DNA of 64,000 bases. Source: a virus. Below the pieces are notes generated by a model that worked only from the letters and a program-made list of their open reading frames with translations, did not search any database and was not told the DNA's origin. The translations under genes were made by a program, and so were the position numbers. The stretch is from positions 288,001 to 352,000 of IMG/VR virus record IMGVR_UViG_3300045988_180880, one strand, 5' to 3'. Below are positions 18,075 to 28,175 of this stretch, piece by piece. Positions within the stretch are counted from its first letter, which is position 1. Every line of letters begins with the position of its first letter.

Positions 18075-18440
18075 ATGGCAAGTACATTTAGATTAAAGAG
18101 AAAATTATATTCTGATGATAAAGGCGGAATGAGTACTGGGAAAAAATTAGCTTTAGGTGGCCTCGCAGCAGGTGCAGCCATTCTTGGGGCTAAAAAAGGT
18201 GCATTTGGTGCTAACATAATGGCTAAAACTAATACTGGACTAATGAAAGCTGGTAAAGCTGTTGGAGGAAAAGTTGGAGATAGAATGATGATGTCTGGAG
18301 CTAAGGATTTTGGAGTTGCACGAGCTAAACAAATTGATAATGCACTTTTAAAGAAAACAGGATCTCAGATGACAAAACAAGCTTTTAATGCAAAAGCTGA
18401 TCAAAAAGGTATGCAGGCACTTGGAAAAATTATGAAATAA
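18075..18440 (+). CDS. Leader-tagged (MASTFRLKRKLYS) Gly/Ala-rich small protein
   Basis: In-frame ATG at 18075 inside ORF-track 18000..18440. The upstream part overlaps the terminator hairpin. Confidence 0.55.
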   Translation: MASTFRLKRKLYSDDKGGMSTGKKLALGGLAAGAAILGAKKGAFGANIMAKTNTGLMKAGKAVGGKVGDRMMMSGAKDFGVARAKQIDNALLKKTGSQMTKQAFNAKADQKGMQALGKIMK

Positions 18441-18442
18441 TT

Positions 18443-18691
18443 ATGGCAACTTATAAGCTTAAAAGAAAAAATTTTGGATTATTTTCTCCATTCGCCAAAA
18501 CAGCGGCAAATTGGACTGCAGCAAAAGGAGCTTTTAAAGCAGGAGAAAATGCCAAAGGTTTTAAGAATTTAGCTTCTACTGTGGGAAGAGGCACTATTGG
18601 AATAGGTAAAGGATTAGGTGTTGCTGCCGCCGGAACTGCTGCATTAGGTGCTGGTACATTTTTAGCAGCAGAAAATAAAGCTAATAGTTAA
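18443..18691 (+). CDS. Leader-tagged (MATYKLKRKNFGLFS) Gly/Ala-rich small protein
   Basis: ORF track; sequence GIGKGLGVAAAGTAALGAGTFLAA. Confidence 0.55.
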   Translation: MATYKLKRKNFGLFSPFAKTAANWTAAKGAFKAGENAKGFKNLASTVGRGTIGIGKGLGVAAAGTAALGAGTFLAAENKANS

Positions 18692-18741
18692 GGAAGAAGT
18701 TAATCCCTGAAAATTAATTTTAAAATATTAAAATAAGTTTT

Positions 18742-19878
18742 ATGAGTGATGTAATTTACAGAGGTCTTAAACTCTCTTCTAATAAATGTAGGTATTTTCA
18801 AGTAAAAGAAGGACAAATAAGCTCTATAGTAGAGGATACTTCAAGATCTACTCTCACTCTAACTTATTCTCCAGGAAGTACTTCTGGAAGTTTATCAGAT
18901 CTTTTAGGAATACCGTGTACTGAAAAAAGAATCGACATGCTCCCTACAGGACTTCCTAAATTATTTAAAAATACTTATGTTACATTAAATGGACTTAAGT
19001 TAAGAAAATTAACTTATGATCCACATACTATTAATATAGTTATTGTAAATGACTCAGAATCTAGAGTTATCCAAAACTATAATTATACAACAATAGTAGT
19101 TTCGGAAGGAGATTATAAAAATCCTGAGTTTATAAATTTCTTGTTTTACTCTGGAAATCTTATATATCTTCAACCTATTGGACCTAGACCAAGCTGTTAT
19201 GAGATAAGAAATTTTCCTAAAATTATAATTAGTTCAGATGATGTTACACTTGAATCTGAATCTGAAACAATATTTACATTAAGAAGGAAATATAATGATT
19301 ATGTTATAAGAGCTGTAGATTATCAAGATCAATTTATTCTAGAATTACGTAAAATTTTAGATGATTATGGTTTAGAGTTAGTTAGAATTAATAAAGAAAC
19401 TACATTAACTAAAACATCACATGTTGTTTATCAATTTCTTCAGACTCCAGTGAAAGATAATCATCCTAAGTATTCTGATGATAAAGTAATGCAGCATAAA
19501 ATACCAGTTGAATTTTATCTAAGAAGTACTGATATGCCATTATTCTTTGACTTTAAAAATAGATATATGAATGTCACATTACTTACTAATTTCTGTGAAT
19601 TCAAAACATCAGATAGATATGGACAAAGATGGACAGCTGCAATAAAATGGGGAGGAATAACTGAAGATTTTAACCAGACATATCAACAAGATGATAATTC
19701 AAATTTCTCTTATCAATGTCAATTCAGATGTGAACTATTTTTCTATGAAGTAATTGATGATAGATATAAATTCCTAGAAGAAATAGTTCAGAATATAGAG
19801 TTTGAACGAAATAATCCAGATTATCATTATGAAGTTCCGGTTGATACTGAAACAACAATTATAAACAAAGGGTTATGA
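18742..19878 (+). CDS. Hypothetical structural protein (no leader)
   Basis: ORF track, 378 aa. Its stop overlaps the next start (ATGA). Confidence 0.5.
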   Translation: MSDVIYRGLKLSSNKCRYFQVKEGQISSIVEDTSRSTLTLTYSPGSTSGSLSDLLGIPCTEKRIDMLPTGLPKLFKNTYVTLNGLKLRKLTYDPHTINIVIVNDSESRVIQNYNYTTIVVSEGDYKNPEFINFLFYSGNLIYLQPIGPRPSCYEIRNFPKIIISSDDVTLESESETIFTLRRKYNDYVIRAVDYQDQFILELRKILDDYGLELVRINKETTLTKTSHVVYQFLQTPVKDNHPKYSDDKVMQHKIPVEFYLRSTDMPLFFDFKNRYMNVTLLTNFCEFKTSDRYGQRWTAAIKWGGITEDFNQTYQQDDNSNFSYQCQFRCELFFYEVIDDRYKFLEEIVQNIEFERNNPDYHYEVPVDTETTIINKGL

Positions 19879-20246
19879 TAAATTTTAGAAAGAAGAAATA
19901 CCTTATCCAAAATTTAATGCCGGACGCTATTGAATATTTAAAGAAACAAGGATTACGGCCTAATATTATAACTCCAGAGCAAGCAGATAGCGTTAGTAGA
20001 GTTAATTCTAAGGCTATGGTTTTAGTTTCATTTATAAAAAATGAGTCTGGATATTATCAAATTCAAGTACAGGATAAGGAATTATACAATTATACTCAAA
20101 AATTAATCAAAGATATTTTTAGAATGAGAATAACTGATATTAATAAAGAAACCAGAGTAATCACAGCAGAAACTGATCACTTAGGAATAGCTTTTGATAT
20201 TATAGAAATTCTCGCTACAAAATATAATTTATCAGTTGTGGCATGA
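19875..20246 (+). CDS. Leader-variant (MINFRKKKY) protein
   Basis: ORF track; translationally coupled. Confidence 0.5.
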   Translation: MINFRKKKYLIQNLMPDAIEYLKKQGLRPNIITPEQADSVSRVNSKAMVLVSFIKNESGYYQIQVQDKELYNYTQKLIKDIFRMRITDINKETRVITAETDHLGIAFDIIEILATKYNLSVVA

Positions 20247-20953
20247 TTAAATTTAGACAGAAAGAATTTACAGAATATGATGCAATGAGAAGTCTTTATG
20301 TAAAACTTATGCGATATTCTGATAGAAATAAATTCGGAGTAATAGATACTAGTGCATTAATTCCTGTTCTTAGAGGAAATAATGTAGTAATCGAAAGATT
20401 TGTAATTAGTACTTCTATGTTTGGAAAAGATAAATATAGAATGTATCTAAAAATTGGTGCCAAAGCAAAGTTACCAGATGAGGTTAGACTTCCAGGTAAA
20501 ACATATGATAAACGTCTTGGAAATATGCAATTAAACGTAAGTCATTCTATATTTGCGCCAAAAGATAGTGATCCAAATTGGAATAATAACAATAATGGAG
20601 GAAATAATAATACTTCTTTAGGAGACACTTCTGGACCTAGGAATGATAATCCTGAAGAAAGAAGAGGTGGAAAAAAGAAAGAAAAGAAGTATTCAGAATT
20701 TCCAGGATCAATTTTAGAGCAAAGAGAATTTAAGAGTAAAGGCGGTGATAAACAATATCCCTATCTATCTGGTTCATTCTCTCCTTCCTTTGATCTATCT
20801 TATGAAGTTTCTGAATTGCTTGGAGAGGCTATCAAATATGATAAAAAATCAAGATCATTGGTCTTAGAATTCAAATCTATCGAAGATGCTATTAATGCAT
20901 TGAATATATTACCCTTCGGATTAGGTTATAAGATATATTTACTTAATGCATGA
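20243..20953 (+). CDS. Leader-variant (MIKFRQKEF) protein with Asn-rich low-complexity centre
   Basis: ORF track; contains NWNNNNNGGNNNTS. Confidence 0.5.
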   Translation: MIKFRQKEFTEYDAMRSLYVKLMRYSDRNKFGVIDTSALIPVLRGNNVVIERFVISTSMFGKDKYRMYLKIGAKAKLPDEVRLPGKTYDKRLGNMQLNVSHSIFAPKDSDPNWNNNNNGGNNNTSLGDTSGPRNDNPEERRGGKKKEKKYSEFPGSILEQREFKSKGGDKQYPYLSGSFSPSFDLSYEVSELLGEAIKYDKKSRSLVLEFKSIEDAINALNILPFGLGYKIYLLNA

Positions 20954-21174
20954 TGATTGTAAAGAGATTTTCTCAAACCAAGATATTAAATACTAATAAC
21001 CCAGCTCTTGGTTTCACTAAAGGGAGAAAATATGATACAGATATGGATAGACTGGGTAGAATGAATACTTCTCAACGTGAATTAGCTGGAATCGGTAATT
21101 TAGGAAAAGAAATGAGAAAATTAAATCAAGAATTAAATCGTGGAGGAAGAGGTAAATGGCAAGATACAGATTAA
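20950..21174 (+). CDS. Leader-tagged (MMIVKRFS) small basic protein
   Basis: ORF track. Confidence 0.5.
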   Translation: MMIVKRFSQTKILNTNNPALGFTKGRKYDTDMDRLGRMNTSQRELAGIGNLGKEMRKLNQELNRGGRGKWQDTD

Positions 21175-21443
21175 AAAGAAAATGTTACAATGCACTAACT
21201 GAAGCTGCCGGAAATACACTAGGAGGAGTTACAGAAGGAGTTGGTAAAGCTCTTGATAATAAAGTAGCCGGAATTGCTGGTGGTGTTTTAGGAGCTACTA
21301 AATTAGGAGGAACTATTGGAACAATGATAGGGGGACCATTTGGAAGTATTTTAGGTATGGGAGCTGGTTATCTCTTAGGTTCTGCAGCTACTAGAGGTCT
21401 TGGAAAAGGTCTTAAAACTGCCGGTCAAGATATGCAAACTTAA
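21156..21443 (+). CDS. Leader-variant (MARYRLKRKCY) glycine-zipper protein
   Basis: Sequence GIAGGVLGATKLGGTIGTMIGGPFGSILGMGAGYLLGSAA. Confidence 0.55.
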   Translation: MARYRLKRKCYNALTEAAGNTLGGVTEGVGKALDNKVAGIAGGVLGATKLGGTIGTMIGGPFGSILGMGAGYLLGSAATRGLGKGLKTAGQDMQT

Positions 21444-21462
21444 TTATAGGAGGATTTAAATT

Positions 21463-22494
21463 ATGATTAAGTTTAGACAAAAAGAATTTTTTTGGGGAAT
21501 GGCTTTAAATGCTGCAGGGGCTATTGGTACAGGTCTTTCTCTAAAACAAGGTTCTGATCAAATGAAACAAGCTGAGGAACAAGCAGCACAGGCAGAGGAA
21601 CAAAATAGAAAGATGACCAAAGCTTTAAATAAAATTGCAGAGAACGCAAAAAATAATCCACAAGCAGCACAACAAGCAGCAGATGTAATGGGACAAAAAC
21701 AGTTTGCTCAAATAAATTTTGCAAAACTTACAGCAACTCTTAAGAATAATAAAACTTTAGGAAATGCTAAAGGTCTCGCTAAAGATGTTGGTAAAATTGT
21801 GTGGAAAGGAAAAAATAAGCTGATTGGTGGAACTATGATGGGAGCTACAATGGCAGGAGCTTCATATCTTACTGATAAAGCAATTCAAAAAGATATGAAG
21901 AAAAATGGAATGCCTCTTGAAAAAACCTATTCTGCTGGATCTATAATGAAAGCAGTAAAAGGTACTGGAAAAGTTTTAGGAGAAGCTGCAAAAAAAAATA
22001 AAGGAACGTTAATAACGATGGCTGCTCTAGGTTCTGCTCCCATGGCTCTCGGATACTCTGCTGAAAAAGCTCAATATAAAGATCAGATGGCATTAACTCA
22101 GAGAAACTATGCAGTCCCTGGAGTAATGGCAGTTAAAAGATTACTTACTGGCGCTTCTAAATCTGTAAGAAATTCACAGATATTTAAAACTCCTGGACAA
22201 ACAATTTTAGGTGGACTTTCTAATTTATCTGGCGGAGGTGGTCGAAAAGGTGTATACAAATTCGGTCATCAGTTAAATAGATATGGAAAACACTCAGGTT
22301 CAGTATGGTCTCAAAAAGCAGGTAAATTCATTATGGATAACCCCAAAACAGCCTTAGCAGGTAGTATTCCAGTCGGTGCTGCAGTTTTAGGAGCAACATG
22401 GGGAACTGGAGAGAAAATAGTAAATAAAACAGCTCGGGCTCTAGATAAAGATGCTTTCAAATATCAAGATTCTAAAAATCAAGAAATACAATGA
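21463..22494 (+). CDS. Leader-variant (MIKFRQKEF) protein with Gly/Ala-rich hydrophobic segments
   Basis: ORF track, 343 aa. Confidence 0.55.
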   Translation: MIKFRQKEFFWGMALNAAGAIGTGLSLKQGSDQMKQAEEQAAQAEEQNRKMTKALNKIAENAKNNPQAAQQAADVMGQKQFAQINFAKLTATLKNNKTLGNAKGLAKDVGKIVWKGKNKLIGGTMMGATMAGASYLTDKAIQKDMKKNGMPLEKTYSAGSIMKAVKGTGKVLGEAAKKNKGTLITMAALGSAPMALGYSAEKAQYKDQMALTQRNYAVPGVMAVKRLLTGASKSVRNSQIFKTPGQTILGGLSNLSGGGGRKGVYKFGHQLNRYGKHSGSVWSQKAGKFIMDNPKTALAGSIPVGAAVLGATWGTGEKIVNKTARALDKDAFKYQDSKNQEIQ

Positions 22495-22904
22495 TTATAA
22501 AAAGAAAATTATTCACTAAATACGACGATACTGATAATCTTAAAAGAATGAAGGATTCAGATATTCTTGCTGAAAAACCAAAACAGGCTCCTGGATATGG
22601 TTCTGTAGCTGGGGCTGCTCTTGGTGGGGCTGCTCTTGGTGGAACAGTTGGTTCTGTAGCTGGAGCTTTTGGAAAGAATAAGGCAGGTCGTAGTTTACTC
22701 GGAAGAATGGGTAAAGGTGGAAAAACTGGATTAGTTGTTGGTGGTCTTCTAGCAGGTGGAATGGCTCTTCGAAATAGAAATAAACAAGCTGAAAATAATG
22801 AATGGTATAATAAAAGACTTAATTATGCTCAAAGACAGGCTAGACGAAGAGAAAAACAAGATTGGAAGACGAATATGACTCAAAGAGATGGTTATTCCTA
22901 TTAA
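22491..22904 (+). CDS. Leader-tagged (MIIKRKLFT) glycine-zipper protein
   Basis: Sequence GSVAGAALGGAALGGTVGSVAGAFG..GLVVGGLLAGGMAL. Confidence 0.55.
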   Translation: MIIKRKLFTKYDDTDNLKRMKDSDILAEKPKQAPGYGSVAGAALGGAALGGTVGSVAGAFGKNKAGRSLLGRMGKGGKTGLVVGGLLAGGMALRNRNKQAENNEWYNKRLNYAQRQARRREKQDWKTNMTQRDGYSY

Positions 22905-22918
22905 AACTAATAAAAATT

Positions 22919-23872
22919 ATGGCAAAATTTAAACCAAAGAAAATAATCAGAGATGTAAAGGAGTTTTATAAAAATAATCCTACGGCAAAAATTACTACTG
23001 CCACTGCTGGATTTTCTGGAACTAATCTTGCTATTAATGCTACTAGAAAAAATTCTGATAAAAAATATCAAGAAGAACAACTAGAAGCAATGGATAAATT
23101 AACTAAAGCACTTGGAGGAGTTAATAAAACTTTAAAAGAGGTAGAAGTAAAAGAACCAAAAAAGACAACCTCTTATAAATTTAAAAAAATCTTTTCCGAG
23201 AGAAATGATAATAATATGATTACATTTAGAAGAAAAGACTTTAGTATATTATCTGATACTGTTAAAGGAGCTATAATTGGTGGAAACGTAGCTACCCTAA
23301 GTTTACCATTATCCGGAAAAGATGCTAAAAATATTAAATATGAAGGGAGTAATCCTACTTTCCGAAAATTAAATGCTCTAAGTCCATTTGCTAAACGACT
23401 TGGAGTAGTAGCCGCCGGAACATTAGTCGGAGCAGCTCTTGGAGCCTTAGTTGGTACTATAAAAAAAGGTGATGAGGCTATTTCCAGAAAGTTAACAGTT
23501 GACAATAGATTAATGGATAGAGTAGTAGAGGATCTTAAGAAAACAGGTTTTAAAGAAGGCTCCGATTTTACAAGAGATCCTAAAACGGCGGATTCTCTTA
23601 AATCAGCAATAAGTGTAGCTATAACAAGAAATTCTGGTGAACTTAGACTTCTAGTAAATACAATAGCAGATAATAAACTAAAAGATATAACAAAAAACAT
23701 AATACGAAATCTACCAAACTCAAGTGCAGTAACAGAAGAAAGTAAAAGTAGATATAATGAGATTTCTATAACTACTATATCTGATGGAACCGCTGATGTT
23801 GGTTTAATAGCTGGAATATGTGAAAAATTTATAAGAAATAAATATCCAGTATATCTCGTAGAAGTTGGTTAA
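22919..23872 (+). CDS. Protein with N-terminal MAKFKPKK and a second internal leader (KKIFS..MITFRRKDFS at nt 23216)
   Basis: ATG at 22919 is preferred over the track start 22862, which overlaps the upstream gene. Confidence 0.5.
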   Translation: MAKFKPKKIIRDVKEFYKNNPTAKITTATAGFSGTNLAINATRKNSDKKYQEEQLEAMDKLTKALGGVNKTLKEVEVKEPKKTTSYKFKKIFSERNDNNMITFRRKDFSILSDTVKGAIIGGNVATLSLPLSGKDAKNIKYEGSNPTFRKLNALSPFAKRLGVVAAGTLVGAALGALVGTIKKGDEAISRKLTVDNRLMDRVVEDLKKTGFKEGSDFTRDPKTADSLKSAISVAITRNSGELRLLVNTIADNKLKDITKNIIRNLPNSSAVTEESKSRYNEISITTISDGTADVGLIAGICEKFIRNKYPVYLVEVG

Positions 23873-23901
23873 ATAAAACAATTAATTATTATATTTAAAT
23901 T

Positions 23902-25909
23902 ATGGCACAATGGACTGAAACTCTCGAACCGTATGTAAAAGTTATAGAGAGAGTACATACCGCAGCTCTTAATCCTACTGCAGGTGAAAGTTTAATTATC
24001 GGAGTGACTTTAATTTCTGATGCAGGCCCAGCAGTTCCTACACTGATCTCTAGTCAATCTGAATTCTTAAAAACTTATGCTTCAGGGGACTTAACAGAAG
24101 ATTATATGGCATCCTTGAATAATCTTTATCATGATGCTAATAATACAGGAGATAAAAATGTAGCTGCAACAATGTGGATGAATGCTTATAGATTGGCTGG
24201 CTCTAATGTTATGCTGGTTTGTAGAGCATCTAAAGCTAACGATATCTACTACGCTAAACCCATGACTAAAACTGATTATAGTACATATATCCTTAGAGAT
24301 GGTGCTTTAATGAAGGGATTTAGAGATGCTGATAAAGGTGTCGTTAAGTTTGTTCTTGATATTGATGGTGATGATGCAGAACATGATCAAGATGGATGGT
24401 CAATTAATTTGAATGGAGTAGGTATTCTTGGTAATCGTACCACCGATGATGGTCCTCAATATGATTACTATGTAAGAACTCTCCCCGACTTAGTAAATCA
24501 AATGAATGAAACTAATAAATTCTTCTCTCCATCTTATAAATTCTTCACAGATCCTAATAATATCATCTCTGAAAATGAAACAACTGATCCCGATAAAGCA
24601 AAGGCAGTTGTATTCTATGAACTTTATCTAGGACAGGATATGCTAGATACTTCAGACTCTAGATGTCCACTAGGAAAGCAGTATATCGTGATTTGTGAAC
24701 CTGATTGGACTAGTGATAATCCTAATCAAAAACTTATAGATATTAATGCTTCCGCTTGGTCTGGTTTCGAAGAACAGAAATATTATGCAGTTAATCAATA
24801 TAACTCTAATACTGATCTGAGAGTTAGAATTAGACGTTTTAATCATGATGCAGTAGTTACCAAAGAATTAACTAACCCCGCTTTGAACGAAAACTCTGAT
24901 TCTCCTTATATGGTACTATCGGCCGTTCTAGATACCTATACTAAGAAAGGAACAGTAGAACCGTCAGAAAGTATCCTACAGCGAGATTTTTATGAAGTCG
25001 CTGTTCTTGATCCTAATATTTCTGACGAAGTACAGTTCTTTAATATAGGTAAAGTAACCGGCCGTGGAGATATGGAAGTATCAGAACTCAATGAACTCCT
25101 AAGTATGATTCAACTTCAACTCCCTGACGATATGAGAGAGCTTGGATTGAACTACTATGGATACGGAGCTGATGATAAAGTATGGGTAGAACTTGATCCT
25201 AATGACCCAAATGCAGGTTCTTATAAGCAAACAGTTTCTTCAATGACTGATCTTTACAACTCAATAGGTATGTCAGTTGGAGATGTTTACCGAGTTGGAT
25301 CTGGAAGTTCATATAAGTACTATGAATATCAAGAAAATGGTGGAGATCAAGTTTATGCAAAATTAGGCGTAGATCCAACTGAAACAGATATTCTTGACGT
25401 ATCTGAATCGGATCTTAAGAAAGCACTTGACGAAATCAATATTCAGGAAATTTATGTGGTTGAAGGATTATGTGACCTTGGAAATACATCACTAAGTTTC
25501 CAGAATTACTTGGCTAATATGGCTATCAACTCTAACTATTTCTATCCAATATCAACAGTTCAGAGCACAAATTATATGACTATCGCTAATAATGCAACTA
25601 AGATAGCACAAGATTCATATAAACTCTATCTATCTGCACCTTGGGATATCGACTCTGGTACATTTGGATGGAAATATTATTGCTCACCTGCTGTTGTTTA
25701 CTGGGAAGCTGTAGCTAGAAACCGTAGAAATAATGCAGAATTTGCTCCTGTACTTGGACAAACTAATGGTATTGTTCAGTATCAGAGACCTATGACAGAG
25801 TTTAATAAAAAAACTCGTCAACTTCTATTATCTAAACGAGTAAATACTGTACTCTGGAATTATCAAACTAATGCTTGGAACATGAATGATAAACAAAATT
25901 GTCCAATTT
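23902..25909 (+). CDS. Tail sheath protein, exon 1
   Basis: 670-aa ORF with a sheath-like N-terminus (GVTLISDAGPAVPTLISSQSEFLKTY) and C-region (SPAVVYWEAVARNRRNNAEFAPVLGQTNG..LLSKRVNTVLW). Donor AATTT| (pairs with GAAT), phase 1. Confidence 0.7.
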
Positions 25910-26098
25910 ATTGAAATTGAATTTTTATGAACTGCTGGGATTTATATAAAAAAAATAAAAATCAGCAAAAAGGATTACTAATATAAATCCTTTCTCAACG
26001 ACTAAGTATAAAAGATAAATAAATTTTATTATTTTTCAAGATATAGTCTAGCGAAATTACCAAATAATTTTCTAAAACGAATTATACTAAGCAAAGTG
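25910..26098 (+). ncRNA. Group I intron, family A (A6)
   Basis: P3 TTTTAT/ATAAAA, P AACTGCTGGGA, Q AAATCAGCA, P6 AGGATT/AATCCT (same as A2), R TCTCAACGACTA, S GATATAGTCT. G26098 is the only phase-compatible terminal G. Boundaries +/-20 nt. Confidence 0.7.
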
Positions 26099-26331
26099 TG
26101 GATAATATTGTTTCAGATGAAGGTAACTCTCGTTTAGCTATTCGTATCTCAAAAGCTATGCCTGTACTACTTAAACAGTATATAGGCTGGAGAATTGCAC
26201 CAAAACTATGGGAAAGTGCGATTGGAACTATCGATTACTGGTTTAAATCAACTATTCTCCCAATGTCTTATAATATCGATGATTACCGTATTATCATCGA
26301 TGAGACAAATAACCCTGTTCAAATTCAGCGT
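26099..26331 (+). CDS. Tail sheath protein, exon 2
   Basis: ..DNIVSDEGNSRLAIRISKAMPVLLKQYIGW...IIIDETNNPVQIQR. Donor CAGCGT| (GCGU pairs with GCGC). Confidence 0.65.
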
Positions 26332-26510
26332 AAATAATTGCGCCTTGGATTTTTATATTACCAAGAAAAATAAGAGAATTGCTGGAAGATAATAAAATAA
26401 ATCAGCAAAGAAAGTTTACAAAAATTTTCTCTCAACGACTATGTACTTATTAAAATGATATAGTCTGATCTTAAATATTAATCTTATATTTAAGTTTAAC
26501 AATAATGCAG
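26332..26510 (+). ncRNA. Group I intron, family A (A7)
   Basis: P2 CTTGG/CCAAG, P AATTGCTGGAAG, Q AAATCAGCA, R TCTCAACGACTA, S GATATAGTCT, P9 CTTAAATA/TATTTAAG. Terminal G26510, P10 ATT/AAT. Joins IQR|NKMVVNV. Confidence 0.8.
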
Positions 26511-26569
26511 AATAAAATGGTGGTTAACGTTTTGGTTAGATACCAGAGAGCTTTGAAATATGTCATCGT
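26511..26569 (+). CDS. Tail sheath protein, exon 3 (59-nt mini-exon)
   Basis: NKMVVNVLVRYQRALKYVI, typical of a sheath C-terminal strand. Donor ATCGT| (UCGU pairs with GCGA), phase 2. Confidence 0.6.
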
Positions 26570-26737
26570 AAAGTATATGCGATTATTATACCAATTGCTG
26601 GAACTTAATAAATCCAAAGAATCAGCAAAAATAGATATAATTCTATTTCTCAACGACTAGATGTATAATTAAAATTTCATGAAGATTTTAAAAGATATAG
26701 TCTGAACATGAGTAGATAATACTTAGCAAACATATTG
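26570..26737 (+). ncRNA. Group I intron, family A (A8)
   Basis: P3 TATAC/GTATA, P AATTGCTGGAAC, Q GAATCAGCA, P6 ATAGAT/ATCTAT-like, R TCTCAACGACTA, S GATATAGTCT. Tail ends TATTG|, P10 TAT/ATA. Confidence 0.8.
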
Positions 26738-26816
26738 ATATCACGACATTTTCGACGTTGGTATGCAACTTGCAGTCTCAGAGTACGAAGATACTAGAGG
26801 AGCAGCCCTTGAATAA
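26738..26816 (+). CDS. Tail sheath protein, exon 4 (C-terminus)
   Basis: GT|A junction codon, then YHDIFDVGMQLAVSEYEDTRGAALE*. A genomic TGA lies just upstream, so it is only reachable by splicing. Confidence 0.55.
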
Positions 26817-26826
26817 TAAATAACAT

Positions 26827-26858
26827 GATAGTATGCTGGAGAGATCTGGCATACTATC
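26827..26858 (+). terminator. Hairpin after the sheath gene
   Basis: 10-bp perfect stem GATAGTATGC/GCATACTATC followed by CTTT. Confidence 0.55.
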
Positions 26859-26876
26859 CTTTATAAATAATAGAAT

Positions 26877-28175
26877 ATGCAAAAATTTACAAAAGATGAA
26901 ATAATATATAATATTATTTCAAAATTAACTAAAGATATTGAATTCCTAGGATTAGAAAACTATTCAAAAGATATATCTACAAAAAAATTAAAAATTATTT
27001 TAAGATGTAAATTACATAATATAAGTAAAATTATAAAATATTCTAGTTTTATATTAAATGGATGGCATTGTCCTGAATGTTCAAAAATAAAAAGAACACT
27101 TCCAGAAAATATAGCAATAGAAAGAATACAAAAATCCATATTAAAGAAAAATAATGAAGGGAGTAATATATCTTTTTTAGGATTTGTAAATTTTTGGAAA
27201 GGCTCATCAACAAAATTGATTTTAAAATGTAATATTCATAATATTATTTGGAAAACAACGACCTATAATGGATTTATTTCGAATAATTTAATTGGTTGTC
27301 CTGAATGTTCAAAAGAAAGAAAAAAAAGAAAATTAACTAATTTAGAAGCAGAAAATAATATAATCGAATTTCATAAATCATCTTCTACAAATGAATCGTC
27401 AATATTTTGTAATATTCATAATAGCTACACAGGTTATAATTCTCCAGTTGAATTAGTTTGTTATAAACATGGAAAATTTTCATGTTATTATAGTTATTTA
27501 ATGACTGATAAAAGTAGAAATATTATACTATGTCCTAAATGTAGAGAATTATTTGAACGTGAACAGGAAAAGAAAAGATATCATAACTTAATAATAGATA
27601 GAGTAAATCATTTAAATAAAAAATATAATATATCTTTAGAATTTTTAGGATTTAAAGAAGAATTTAATTATCAAAATACATATCTAATACTAAAATGTAA
27701 TATTCATAATCATATTTGGGATACTACTAGACTAGGTATATTTTTAAAACATGAAGGAAAATACTGTATATATTGTTCAAAAACTAGTAGTATTTCGTTT
27801 ATGGAAAATTCTTTATACTCTATTTTAAATAGTTATTATTTAAACATAATTCGTCAATATAAATTAATAATAAATAATAGAATATTTTATTTAGATTTTT
27901 ACATACCAAAATTAAATGTAATAATAGAGTATGATGGAAAACAACATTATGAATTTACTTCTTTCTTTCAACCCACATATCAAAATTTCGTAAATCAAGT
28001 TAACCGAGATAGATGTTTAGAACAATATTGCAAAGAAAATAATATAAAACTTCTTCGAATTTCTTATAAAGACAATAATAGAATCCCTGAAATCATAAAG
28101 ATATTTTTCGAAGAAGGAAAAGATATAACAACAAAAGTAGAACCTAAATTATTACCAGTATTATATCATGGATAA
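26877..28175 (+). CDS. Free-standing homing-endonuclease-like protein (Zn-ribbon repeats plus Vsr/DUF559-like domain), paralog 2
   Basis: Repeated CPECSK/CPKC ribbons. C-terminus LDFYIPKLNVIIEYDGKQHYEF..VNRDRCLEQYCKENNIKLLRISY. Starts 61 nt after the sheath gene. Confidence 0.6.
   Translation: MQKFTKDEIIYNIISKLTKDIEFLGLENYSKDISTKKLKIILRCKLHNISKIIKYSSFILNGWHCPECSKIKRTLPENIAIERIQKSILKKNNEGSNISFLGFVNFWKGSSTKLILKCNIHNIIWKTTTYNGFISNNLIGCPECSKERKKRKLTNLEAENNIIEFHKSSSTNESSIFCNIHNSYTGYNSPVELVCYKHGKFSCYYSYLMTDKSRNIILCPKCRELFEREQEKKRYHNLIIDRVNHLNKKYNISLEFLGFKEEFNYQNTYLILKCNIHNHIWDTTRLGIFLKHEGKYCIYCSKTSSISFMENSLYSILNSYYLNIIRQYKLIINNRIFYLDFYIPKLNVIIEYDGKQHYEFTSFFQPTYQNFVNQVNRDRCLEQYCKENNIKLLRISYKDNNRIPEIIKIFFEEGKDITTKVEPKLLPVLYHG

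Noticed and set aside
23173-23700. Minus-strand 175-aa ORF.
   Set aside because: It is fully antisense to 22919..23872, and no motif or start context supports it.
26195-26653. Track ORFs 26195..26392 (+) and 26471..26653 (-).
   Set aside because: Both cross intron cores and exon boundaries of the sheath gene in wrong frames or on the wrong strand.
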